Positions 37,785 through 47,095 of a DNA stretch of 64,000 nt are shown here, one piece after another. Within the stretch, counting starts at the first letter, position 1. Every line of letters starts with the position of its first letter. The stretch covers positions 18,546-82,545 of the forward strand of contig WRBV01000001.1 in assembly GCA_009784375.1 (NCBI GenBank), given 5' to 3'. The notes beneath the pieces are model-generated. The model was not told the origin of the DNA. It saw only the letters and a list, made by a program, of their open reading frames with translations, and searched no databases. The position numbers were made by a program, and so were the translations under genes. The stretch is from Bacillota bacterium. GTDB lineage: Bacteria; Bacillota; Clostridia; Christensenellales; UBA1242.

Positions 37785-40178
37785 ATGAATGTGATATATT
37801 TTCCTATGAACTATCCAGAAATTCACAAAAAATGGCAAAAGTACTGGCAAAAAAATAATGTTAACAAATTTGACATGAACTCATCAAAGCCAAAGTATTA
37901 TACCCTTGAAATGTTTCCATACCCAAGTGGAGCCAATTTACATCTTGGGCATTTTTTCAACTTTGCACCATGTGATACTCATGCACGGTTTAAACGCATG
38001 ATGGGCTATAATGTGTTTCATCCTATGGGCTTTGATGCCTTTGGGTTGCCAGCCGAGAATCATGCTTTGTCTACTGGAACTCATCCACATGACAATACAA
38101 TCATTAATATGGAAAAATTCCGCAAACAACTTGATGAACTTGGCGGCATGTATCCATGGGAATACACATTGACAACATGCTTTCCAGAATATTATACGGG
38201 TACACAATGGTTGTTTTTACAATTGTTCAGACATGGGCTTGCATATCAAAAAGAATCTACCGTGAATTTTTGTGACAAGTGCAAAACAGTAATCGCAAAT
38301 GAACAGGTCATAGACGGAGAATGTGAACGCTGTTCATCCGAGGTCATACGTCGCGACATGAAACAATGGTTTTTCAAGATTACTGATTTTGCTGGAGAAT
38401 TGCTTGACGGTATTGATGGTTTGGATTGGCCAAACAAAACAAAAACAATGCAACAAAATTGGATAGGACGATCATGCGGAGCCAACGTTATTTTCAACGT
38501 AGAAAACTCTAAAGATACTATCGAAGTTTTTACAACTCGAATTGATACTATTTTTGGTGCTACGTTCATTGTTCTTGCACCAGAAAATTGCCTTGTGAAA
38601 CGTGTTACAACATCCGAGCAAGAAAAGGCTATTGATGCATATATAAAAAAGACAGCAAAGAAGAGTGACATTGAACGTATGGAAAACCACGAAAAGACTG
38701 GGGTCTTCACAGGCGGTTACGCAATCAACCCAGCAAGCGGCAAGCGTGTTCCAATATACATCGCCGACTATGTTTTAAATAATTATGGTACGGGTGCGGT
38801 GATGGGTGTTCCCGCACATGATGAACGCGACCATGAATTTGCAACGAAATACAAAATAGAAATTAAACAAGTAATAAAAACAGATAAAGAGGATGCCTGC
38901 GTCACAGAATTCGGAACATTGATTAACAGCGACAAATACAACGACCTATCTTCGGAACAAGCAATTATTCAAATTACAAAAGACCTTGAAAAAATCAAGT
39001 CGGCAAAACATTCAATTACATATCGTCTTCGCGATTGGTCAATGTCGCGTCAACGCTATTGGGGTGTGCCAATTCCAATTGTTTATTGTGAATGTTGTGG
39101 AATCGTTCCCGTGCCTGAGTCACAACTTCCCGTAAAGTTACCTTATATAAATGATTTTAAACCACATGGTGCACCACCACTTGCAAACGATGAAAACTTT
39201 GTAAATACAACTTGCCCAAGTTGCAATGGACCAGCAAAACGCGAAACCGAAACTATGGATACATTTGTTTGTTCAAGTTGGTATTTTCTGTCATATCCAT
39301 CGGTGGGAAATGTTGGAATGACTGGTATCCCATGGGATAAAAAGATAACCGAAAAAATGCTGCCCGTAGATAAGTACATAGGTGGGGCAGAACACGCTTG
39401 CATGCATCTTTTATATGCACGTTTTATTACACGCTTTTTACACAAATATGGATATATAAACTTTGCCGAACCATTTAAAAGCCTTGTCCACCAAGGCATG
39501 ATACTTGCGCCAGATGGACAAAAAATGTCAAAGAGCAAAGGCAATACAATAACTCCAGACAAATATATCGAACAATATGGAAGTGATGTCTTACGCATGT
39601 ATATGTTATTCGGGTTTAACTATATAGACGGAGGACCATGGAACGATGCCACATTAAAAAGCATTACTCGCTTTATTGAGCGAGTCGAAAAGATAATCTC
39701 ACAAATTTCTTGTGAAACTGAAACGGATGATGAAGTTCAATATGTCCGTGCATCAACAATCAAGAATGTAAAACATGACCTTGATTCATTTTCATTTAAT
39801 ACTGCAGTTGCACGCTGTATGGAATTTTTAAATGCCATCCACACATCAAAAAATAAATCAAGAGAAAGTGTTATCGATCTTATTCTTTTACTTGCACCTA
39901 TGATGCCGCATATTGCCGAGGAATTCTTTGAACTGTTACGTGAACACAACAAAACATCAATCTTTGACGAGAAATTTCCAATACCAAATCAAAAATTTCT
40001 TGAACGCTCGGATATAGAAATCGTAGTCCAAGTCAACAGTAAAATCAAAGAAAGACTGACAATAAAAAAAGACGCAACCCAAGACGAGGTTGTCGCGTTG
40101 TGCAAATCTTTTATAGGTGATACATCACCAAAGAAAATTATCTATGTACCAAATAAATTAATAAATTTCATACTATAA
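37785..40178 (+). CDS. leuS: leucine--tRNA ligase
   Basis: PYPSGANLHLGH (HIGH-type motif), KMSKSKGN, CP1 editing region. The alternative ATG at 37806 (MNYPEIHKKWQKYW) may be the true start. Confidence 0.95.
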   Translation: MNVIYFPMNYPEIHKKWQKYWQKNNVNKFDMNSSKPKYYTLEMFPYPSGANLHLGHFFNFAPCDTHARFKRMMGYNVFHPMGFDAFGLPAENHALSTGTHPHDNTIINMEKFRKQLDELGGMYPWEYTLTTCFPEYYTGTQWLFLQLFRHGLAYQKESTVNFCDKCKTVIANEQVIDGECERCSSEVIRRDMKQWFFKITDFAGELLDGIDGLDWPNKTKTMQQNWIGRSCGANVIFNVENSKDTIEVFTTRIDTIFGATFIVLAPENCLVKRVTTSEQEKAIDAYIKKTAKKSDIERMENHEKTGVFTGGYAINPASGKRVPIYIADYVLNNYGTGAVMGVPAHDERDHEFATKYKIEIKQVIKTDKEDACVTEFGTLINSDKYNDLSSEQAIIQITKDLEKIKSAKHSITYRLRDWSMSRQRYWGVPIPIVYCECCGIVPVPESQLPVKLPYINDFKPHGAPPLANDENFVNTTCPSCNGPAKRETETMDTFVCSSWYFLSYPSVGNVGMTGIPWDKKITEKMLPVDKYIGGAEHACMHLLYARFITRFLHKYGYINFAEPFKSLVHQGMILAPDGQKMSKSKGNTITPDKYIEQYGSDVLRMYMLFGFNYIDGGPWNDATLKSITRFIERVEKIISQISCETETDDEVQYVRASTIKNVKHDLDSFSFNTAVARCMEFLNAIHTSKNKSRESVIDLILLLAPMMPHIAEEFFELLREHNKTSIFDEKFPIPNQKFLERSDIEIVVQVNSKIKERLTIKKDATQDEVVALCKSFIGDTSPKKIIYVPNKLINFIL

Positions 40179-40179
40179 C

Positions 40180-40209
40180 TTGCCAAAATTTATTTTTTTA
40201 TAGTATAAT
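40180..40209 (+). promoter_or_regulatory. promoter of the six-gene operon (near-leaderless aguA)
   Basis: TTGCCA (40180-40185), 18-nt spacer, TATAAT (40204-40209). The ATG is at 40219 with no SD sequence. Confidence 0.55.
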
Positions 40210-40218
40210 TATCCATTA

Positions 40219-41205
40219 ATGAAAGCGGAGTTTAATAAACATGCCTGCACGGTATTGCTTTACCCACATGCATCAAAAAATGATGTATGGCGGTTAAATG
40301 CCAAAATTATCCGCAATGTAGTAATTGAACTTGCAAAAGTTGTATCTCAATTTGAACCAGTACTATTTGGATATGGTGATATACACCCATCAATAAGACA
40401 AAACAATATTTCCTTGGGCAGGATAGATTATGATGATATTTGGGTTCGAGATACTGGACCCATTCCTTTACGTAATAATAAATTGGTAATCTTTGGATTT
40501 GATGGATGGGGTGGACTCAGTTCGGATTTTGTACCGTCACAAATTGTTTCGTCTCAAATCGCTGACAAATTAAACCTTAGTATTGTCAATACAAGTGAAA
40601 TTGTATTAGAAGGTGGAAATATCTCGAGTGACGGCAAGGGAACGGCACTAGTTATCAAAGAACGCGTTCTTTCAAGTAATAAAAAATCACTTGACGAAAT
40701 AGAATCTGAACTTAAAAAATGCCTGGATCTAAACCGAATAATTTGGATCGAACGCGGGCTTATTTATGATGAAACCGAGACCCATGTTGATAACCTTTGT
40801 GTATTTGCAAGCGAAACTCAAATATTACTTGCTTGGACGGATGACAAACAAAATCCACAATATGACGTTGTACACGAAGCTTTTGATATTCTTTCAAAAA
40901 CCGAATATGAAATAATCAAAGTACCTATTCCAGACATATTTAAAAGAACCGAAGACGATTGCATTGGAATAAAAATAGTACAGGGCAACAAAGCAAGAAT
41001 TATGGGCGAACCAATCCAAGCAAGTTACATTAACTTTATGTTTGTGAATGGTGGAATTATATTGCCTCAATTCAATGCACCCCAGGATAAAAATGTGCTA
41101 GAATTATTTAAACAAATTTTCCCATCAAGACAAATCGTACCGTTTAATGCAAGAGAAGTAATACTGGGTGGTGGTGGATTGCATTGTATATCAAGAAACA
41201 TATAG
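40219..41205 (+). CDS. aguA: agmatine deiminase (PAD_porph / pentein family)
   Basis: DIWVRDTGP, VLEGGNISSDGKGT, ETETHVDNLCVF, ASYINF, C-terminal GGGGLHCISRNI with the catalytic Cys. Collinear with enterococcal AguA as recalled from memory. Confidence 0.85.
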   Translation: MKAEFNKHACTVLLYPHASKNDVWRLNAKIIRNVVIELAKVVSQFEPVLFGYGDIHPSIRQNNISLGRIDYDDIWVRDTGPIPLRNNKLVIFGFDGWGGLSSDFVPSQIVSSQIADKLNLSIVNTSEIVLEGGNISSDGKGTALVIKERVLSSNKKSLDEIESELKKCLDLNRIIWIERGLIYDETETHVDNLCVFASETQILLAWTDDKQNPQYDVVHEAFDILSKTEYEIIKVPIPDIFKRTEDDCIGIKIVQGNKARIMGEPIQASYINFMFVNGGIILPQFNAPQDKNVLELFKQIFPSRQIVPFNAREVILGGGGLHCISRNI

Positions 41206-41215
41206 GAGGACACAG

Positions 41216-43192
41216 ATGGACTATAAAACAAATTTGAAAGAAGCGATGAAACTTCTTATCGCCGACCAAGACGATACGTTCAAGGTTTATAAAGACCGAA
41301 AAATTCTCGGATCACTTGTTTTCAAGGATTTGTTGGATCGTCGGTCTGGTATTGACTCGAACGGTAATCCTTTGGAAGGCTTTTACCTTACACCAAAGAA
41401 CCGAGAAGTCGGATTAATGACCCGTCTTATTGGGCTGAATGGTGTATTGAATCTTATAAGCAGATATAACGTAGAACCGACTGATGCAGAAAAAAAGATA
41501 ATATACAAAGACATAAAAGATGTTCTTGCTTATATTGAAAAACATGGATATGATGCAAGCCCATACCTTGACGATGATACGAATGCATTTTATTTCAAAG
41601 AGAACCGAGTAGACGGCAAGAAAATATCTTATATGGACTCACGCACATGGGCGTTTTCTTTGTTTTTGGAAATTCGAAAACTTCACAACATAGAAACAGC
41701 AAAGGGTGGCAAAAAATTACTTGATTTCTCGCCTTTCATTGAAAGTGTTAACACAAGAATTAAGCTTGCTCTACGTTTTTTTGTTGATTCTGTTGTAATC
41801 GATAAAAATGGTGACGCTGTGGGTTGGGGCTTTGCAAATGGTTGTGAAGAACCTTCTTTGTATTTTACATATACATTACTCGAGGCATTTTCCGATTTCG
41901 AAGATGCGTGTTTGCTTGGAAGTAACCGTGACGAAGATTTCCTTGAATTTCTTAATGAGGGAAACACATATGACAAACCTATCGAGGATGAATTCCGCGA
42001 TAAATGTTTCCGTGTCGGAGACATTGCTTGGAATATGTTTGGTCATATAATCAAAGACGCATTCGTAAGTGACAGGTTCGATGACAAATTCCGAATTATC
42101 CCACGTGACGAGATTATTAATTCCTCACGCTCTAACGTTCTGTTTAACACAATTTACATCGTCTTTATTTGGCTTTATTCTTATAAAAACAACCACGAGA
42201 TTCGACCAACACAATGGGGCAACATAGAATCCGAAGATGCCATTGATAAATGTGAAGATGTAAAGGTCGCAATGGCACAAGCACTTTCACTTGTACAAAC
42301 ATTGTATGACGAATTAGTATCTGAAGGAAAAGACAGCATAGTAAGCCGTCACATTATTGCATTTGACCAAGACCACAAAATAGAAAGATTTGGAAAAGAA
42401 TTGAACGATGCAAACATATTAACGGCAAGTCTTTTGCCTATGCTTGCAAAGGCTAATAACCTTGTTGCGTTCTATATCCATAAATTCCCACAACAAAAAA
42501 TGGGTGTCTTATTTGAAAGAATGATTGGCGCCCGACTTTTAAGTGGAGAATGGCTATGGGCAAACCGATTGTTTGATTTACTTTCTACTGTTCGTTATAT
42601 CGGATCGATTGCCGATTTTTACGATTACTATGATACCTTTGAAAAGAAATATGCCGAAAAATCTACATCAACATCCAAAATGAAGAAGGATTTAACGGAC
42701 GAACTTAAACGTGAATTAGAACCAGCAATTGCAAAAGACGTACGACAAAAACTTGCAGCAAAACATAAACAAGACCTTGATGAAATGCAAGCACGTAATG
42801 AATTAAATTTCCCAATCGAAGTTCAAATCAACAAACGCGTAAACGAAATTGTTGACAAGCGGGTAATGGAAATTATCGGAACAATGTTCAATGATTTTGC
42901 AAAGTTTAACAAGCAAAAAGGCAAGAATGAAAAAGCATCAATGACCGAAGAGAATGCAAAGGTTTATGCGGCACTTAATGAATATGTCATGAGCCACTTT
43001 GACCAACCACTTAAAAAAGCAAGTGATGTAACAGGTAAAGCATCAATTGATTTATTGGGTGCGGCAAACATCGATATTATGACGGCGGCAAAAGAATTCT
43101 TTGAATTCACCGCAGACAATATGGAAAGAAAAGGTTTAAGTAAATTATCACTTGCTAACATATTTGAATTAATAAAAAAGGAAAAGGAGTAA
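41216..43192 (+). CDS. 658-aa protein: N-terminal alpha/alpha-toroid-like repeats plus K/E-rich helical C-terminal third; function unknown
   Basis: AGGAGG RBS, 10 nt after the aguA stop. SYMDSRTWAFSLFLE and DAVGWGFANGCEEPSLYFTYTLLEAF resemble terpene-cyclase/prenyltransferase-type repeats. Track ORF start 41168 rejected. Confidence 0.6.
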   Translation: MDYKTNLKEAMKLLIADQDDTFKVYKDRKILGSLVFKDLLDRRSGIDSNGNPLEGFYLTPKNREVGLMTRLIGLNGVLNLISRYNVEPTDAEKKIIYKDIKDVLAYIEKHGYDASPYLDDDTNAFYFKENRVDGKKISYMDSRTWAFSLFLEIRKLHNIETAKGGKKLLDFSPFIESVNTRIKLALRFFVDSVVIDKNGDAVGWGFANGCEEPSLYFTYTLLEAFSDFEDACLLGSNRDEDFLEFLNEGNTYDKPIEDEFRDKCFRVGDIAWNMFGHIIKDAFVSDRFDDKFRIIPRDEIINSSRSNVLFNTIYIVFIWLYSYKNNHEIRPTQWGNIESEDAIDKCEDVKVAMAQALSLVQTLYDELVSEGKDSIVSRHIIAFDQDHKIERFGKELNDANILTASLLPMLAKANNLVAFYIHKFPQQKMGVLFERMIGARLLSGEWLWANRLFDLLSTVRYIGSIADFYDYYDTFEKKYAEKSTSTSKMKKDLTDELKRELEPAIAKDVRQKLAAKHKQDLDEMQARNELNFPIEVQINKRVNEIVDKRVMEIIGTMFNDFAKFNKQKGKNEKASMTEENAKVYAALNEYVMSHFDQPLKKASDVTGKASIDLLGAANIDIMTAAKEFFEFTADNMERKGLSKLSLANIFELIKKEKE

Positions 43193-43195
43193 TTC

Positions 43196-44089
43196 ATGGA
43201 AATAATTACATTTTGGTCGTATAAAGGGGGAGCAGGTCGAAGTTCAACCTGTCTTAACACTCTACCTTACTTGGTGGATGTTTTAAATGCGACCAAACAA
43301 TCACCATTACTTTTATTGGACATGGATTTGGATAGTGCGGGTATGACATATCTTCTTGATTTGGATAAACATTTTCAAAACAACGAAGTTTACGATATCA
43401 AGAGTTTTCTTAAAGGCGACGAGAATTGGTCCGAAAATCCAGCAGAGTCCCTTATGGAACACACATTGTATCAAAAGTTCGTACCCGTGGGTGAAAAGCT
43501 TGGTGTTGATAACGATGCTGTTATGTTTCTTGGTGTGCATGATGGAAAGAAAATAGACAACGCAGACATGACGGGTGCAAAAGAAGAAATTTTTGCAAAG
43601 TTCCGAAGGTTTTGCCGCAAGAATAAAATAAGCGCAGTTGTAATGGACAGCTCGGCTGGGACACAGTTTTCAGCAGAACTTGCAATAGGAGCCGCAACAA
43701 TAGTTGTAAGCTGCATGCGTGCAACTACACAATTCAGAACAGGAACATTTAATTATCTTGACCGATTACTTGTCGAACAGCCTGACAAAAAAATCATTGT
43801 TCTTCCAACCGTTGTTCCAAATGGTGAAAAGATAATCGACGACATGCCACAAAGAAAAACCACCGTCGAAGATATAAAGAAAAAAATTGAAACTTTCGGG
43901 CTTAAAAATGTAAAGCTTGATTTTGTCGAAGAAGAAGAACTTGGAATTAACGAAGTCGAGCGTTTCAAATGGCGTGAAGGTGTGTTGTACAAAATCTGCA
44001 AAGACCAAAAACTTGCCGAAGACGAAAAAATAGCCGTATCGCGTTATAAAAAACTTGCCGAAAAACTTGTGGAGGGCGATTATGACTAG
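43196..44089 (+). CDS. ParA/MinD-family (SIMIBI) ATPase with KGGxGR P-loop variant
   Basis: FWSYKGGAGRSS (signature Lys kept, GKT replaced by GRS), LLLLDMDLDSAG (switch I-like), AVVMDSSAGT (Walker B-like). The RBS AAGGAG lies inside the upstream gene's end. Confidence 0.75.
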   Translation: MEIITFWSYKGGAGRSSTCLNTLPYLVDVLNATKQSPLLLLDMDLDSAGMTYLLDLDKHFQNNEVYDIKSFLKGDENWSENPAESLMEHTLYQKFVPVGEKLGVDNDAVMFLGVHDGKKIDNADMTGAKEEIFAKFRRFCRKNKISAVVMDSSAGTQFSAELAIGAATIVVSCMRATTQFRTGTFNYLDRLLVEQPDKKIIVLPTVVPNGEKIIDDMPQRKTTVEDIKKKIETFGLKNVKLDFVEEEELGINEVERFKWREGVLYKICKDQKLAEDEKIAVSRYKKLAEKLVEGDYD

Positions 44090-46295
44090 TTACAACGAAT
44101 TTGCAAAAAAGATTAACAAAGAAATCAAATGCCCTAATCTTCGCGAGCTTTTGTTTGGAATGCCCGATGTCGAAGCCGAGGATTTAAAAGGTATTGGTAC
44201 AATCAACCGAATGTTAACATTCGGTTTTATGGTTGCATTTACCAAATGGAAAAATTGCATTATCGATGGTAACAAAATCCATCTTTCTCCCAATTCACGA
44301 CGTGTATTCGACGCATTCAAAAGCGTATATAACGGTGAAAACATCGAACTTGATTTGATAATTTACACAATGACTGAAATGCAACTTGATGAATATGGCA
44401 TAGGTAAACAATCCTATTTTTCCGATATCATAAGCGGGGCAGAAGACACGGTACAAATTCCTGCACTTCGTAACTTGATTAAAACATGGTTCCAAAGTGT
44501 AAAACGTGCCGAAAAAAATCAAGAAATATTACTTGGCAAATTGGTTGGTTTATACAACGCATTTCCTTTCCTTAAAAATTCCAAGGTCAGCTTTGTAAAA
44601 CATGAAGAACTACCATTCGAATTAATTGAAATAGAATTGCGTCAAGGAAAAGTCCTAAAACCGTATATGATTATGGCTCGTAACGAGTTTGGTAATTTTT
44701 ATCTGCAATCTTATTCAATTTTACAAGACAATTTGTCACGACTTACCTATTCAACATTCGATGGAGTCGAATTATACCAGGAAGTCATCTTGACCAAAAT
44801 ATTTTCACGCGAGGCGGCAATTCGCAACCAAAACCAAGCCCCACGAAATATTATGGCTAAGTCACTTTTCTCACTCAGTTTTAAATATATAAAGAACTTG
44901 TCTCTTGCATTATCTGATACGGTAAAGCGCCAAACAATGCAAAAATTATATGAACATTTTTCACAAAAATACAGCGATGTATTCGAACTTGGATTCAAAA
45001 AACCCGACGAGCTTAACTGGGATAACATTATTACTATCCTTATAATAGAAGAAGGTCCAAGTGAATTACTAGAATTCATACTTGACTCGGATGGCTTTTA
45101 TTTTGATATGATTCTTGACAACTTGGAAAAGCGTTACCACGAACCTGGCTTTACACAAATGGTAAAACTAGATTATGAAAAAACCCAAGCTCAAGAACTT
45201 GCCGTATTAAAAAGCTATATAGACGATAACAGCTCGATCATCAAGAATATAAGCAACATCAACAAGACACTAATGGCAAAGGGTATTATCAATGGACTTG
45301 CATCTCTTGAAAATAACCACAGAACAAGTAAAGCATTATTCGTCGAAAGTCTTGCCGTACGTATTAAAAACGTAGACAAAATTATTATGTCTAACGACAC
45401 TAACCGTAGCAAAACATTAAAAATTAACAAAGTACTTGAAAAGACTTTCCGATATGTAATTCCATTTTATTATGGAGTAATCGCATATCAACAAGAAAAG
45501 GAAGATTTGTTTTCCGAAATCGAAACAAAGAACTTCGCACTTGACAAGGTTGACAAAAACACAATTTTCTTGAAATGTGAAAAGAAATTTTTCGAAGCAG
45601 CCGAATCATCAATCAAATTACTTAACACAAAATCACTTGGCGAATTGGTGAGCGAATTCAGAACGCTTTGTAATTCTATTTCCACATCAAAAGGACGCAA
45701 AGTCGAATTGTCACCAAACGGACGCATGTTAAAAAGCGCAATCGGTCGTGATTATATATGTGCCGTTGAATGTTTCAATAAAGTTCTTGAAATTAAACCA
45801 GATGAAAGCATGGATTTATCAGACGCAAAAATCCCAACAGACATCGTTTCATTTATCAATAATGAAAAACATGACAAGGGTTATGGTACCGTTTACGCAA
45901 ACATCGTCTTGTTTAATAAATTCCTTATCAAGGTCAAGGAATTGTTATACTTCCTTATATATAACGAGGACTACCAACGCGAGATGATGCTTGGTCAACA
46001 GATTTCTTTTGATCCAATCTATCCATATGTAGTTTGCTATAGAACCAAGAGCGAAAACCGCGACGGCTACAGCGTCAACAGCTTTATCGTTTTTCCATCC
46101 GAAGAATCAATGTCAAGCGAGATTAAAATCTTGTCCGAACGCGACTATGAAATCAATGAAAAATATTATTGTATACCTAACCAAACAACATCGAATTCAC
46201 GATGGTGGATTGAACCGTTCCTTATAAGTTGTCGTAAATACGACCAGCTTGTACACTCATGTTTTAAAAAGAAAACACCCGAGGAGGAAGAGTAA
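44082..46295 (+). CDS. 737-aa protein of unknown function
   Basis: ATG overlaps the upstream stop (ATGACTAG) and follows a GGAGGG RBS. No motif recognised. Confidence 0.6.
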   Translation: MTSYNEFAKKINKEIKCPNLRELLFGMPDVEAEDLKGIGTINRMLTFGFMVAFTKWKNCIIDGNKIHLSPNSRRVFDAFKSVYNGENIELDLIIYTMTEMQLDEYGIGKQSYFSDIISGAEDTVQIPALRNLIKTWFQSVKRAEKNQEILLGKLVGLYNAFPFLKNSKVSFVKHEELPFELIEIELRQGKVLKPYMIMARNEFGNFYLQSYSILQDNLSRLTYSTFDGVELYQEVILTKIFSREAAIRNQNQAPRNIMAKSLFSLSFKYIKNLSLALSDTVKRQTMQKLYEHFSQKYSDVFELGFKKPDELNWDNIITILIIEEGPSELLEFILDSDGFYFDMILDNLEKRYHEPGFTQMVKLDYEKTQAQELAVLKSYIDDNSSIIKNISNINKTLMAKGIINGLASLENNHRTSKALFVESLAVRIKNVDKIIMSNDTNRSKTLKINKVLEKTFRYVIPFYYGVIAYQQEKEDLFSEIETKNFALDKVDKNTIFLKCEKKFFEAAESSIKLLNTKSLGELVSEFRTLCNSISTSKGRKVELSPNGRMLKSAIGRDYICAVECFNKVLEIKPDESMDLSDAKIPTDIVSFINNEKHDKGYGTVYANIVLFNKFLIKVKELLYFLIYNEDYQREMMLGQQISFDPIYPYVVCYRTKSENRDGYSVNSFIVFPSEESMSSEIKILSERDYEINEKYYCIPNQTTSNSRWWIEPFLISCRKYDQLVHSCFKKKTPEEEE

Positions 46296-47095
46296 TGCTT
46301 CACATTATGCTTGATGCATATGATTGCACAGACACAAAGACCGCCGATTTGCGTGGTGTATATGAAACAATAACAAAAGTCGTCGATATTATGGGGGCAA
46401 AGACAATCATGCCGCCTGTACTTGTTCCTTATTATTATGGTACAACCGCAGATGACGACGGTATAAGTGCATTTGTATTATTAAAAGGTGGTCACTTTAC
46501 AATTCATACATTTCCATCCAGACAATGTTATTTCGTGGATATGATGTATGATGGCTTCATAAGCGAAGATAAATTCCGCGATGTTATGTTAAAAGAATTA
46601 CCTGCTACATCGTCAAGCGTCGCATCGGTAGACCGTCGTTTTTGTATTCAAGACCAAAACAAAGATATGCGCATTGACGAAGCAAAAGACTTTGGACCTC
46701 ATTATATGATTAAAAGCAATGAAAAGATTGATCTTGATATAAACAAGATATACGATGTTCTTGACCGCTTGCCGCCCCAAGTAAATATGACCCCTATTAT
46801 GCGCCCAGTTGTTATTACCAACAAAGTAAAAAATCCAAAGTACATAAGCGGTATAACAATGATAGCCGAGAGCCATATTGCAATCCATTATGACATCGAA
46901 AACAAGAGTCTTTTCGCAGATATTTTTTCATGCAGCTTTATCGACAGCAAAGATGTATCCGCAACACTTGCTCGTGAACTTGGAATAAAATGTGAAAATA
47001 TTCTTATTTCTCGTGGAACAAAACATACGAATCGCCATGCTCTGCGCGACCAAGTAATAACACGTGCAGCAAGATGGCGCGAAAACATAACATAG
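46295..47095 (+). CDS. tandem (pseudo-dimeric) S-adenosylmethionine decarboxylase-fold protein, pyruvoyl-type; substrate unknown
   Basis: N-half GISAFVLLKGGHFTIHTFP (no Ser). C-half ISGITMIAESHIAIHYD..ADIFSCS. Compare class-1 SpeH/SpeD [26 protein letters not shown]. Start overlaps the upstream stop (TAATG). Confidence 0.7.
   Translation: MLHIMLDAYDCTDTKTADLRGVYETITKVVDIMGAKTIMPPVLVPYYYGTTADDDGISAFVLLKGGHFTIHTFPSRQCYFVDMMYDGFISEDKFRDVMLKELPATSSSVASVDRRFCIQDQNKDMRIDEAKDFGPHYMIKSNEKIDLDINKIYDVLDRLPPQVNMTPIMRPVVITNKVKNPKYISGITMIAESHIAIHYDIENKSLFADIFSCSFIDSKDVSATLARELGIKCENILISRGTKHTNRHALRDQVITRAARWRENIT

Noticed and set aside
41168-41215. The upstream start (41168) given by the ORF track for the 674-aa protein
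   Set aside because: It would overlap the catalytic C-terminus of aguA by 38 nt and has no RBS. The ATG at 41216 is preceded by AGGAGG at proper spacing.
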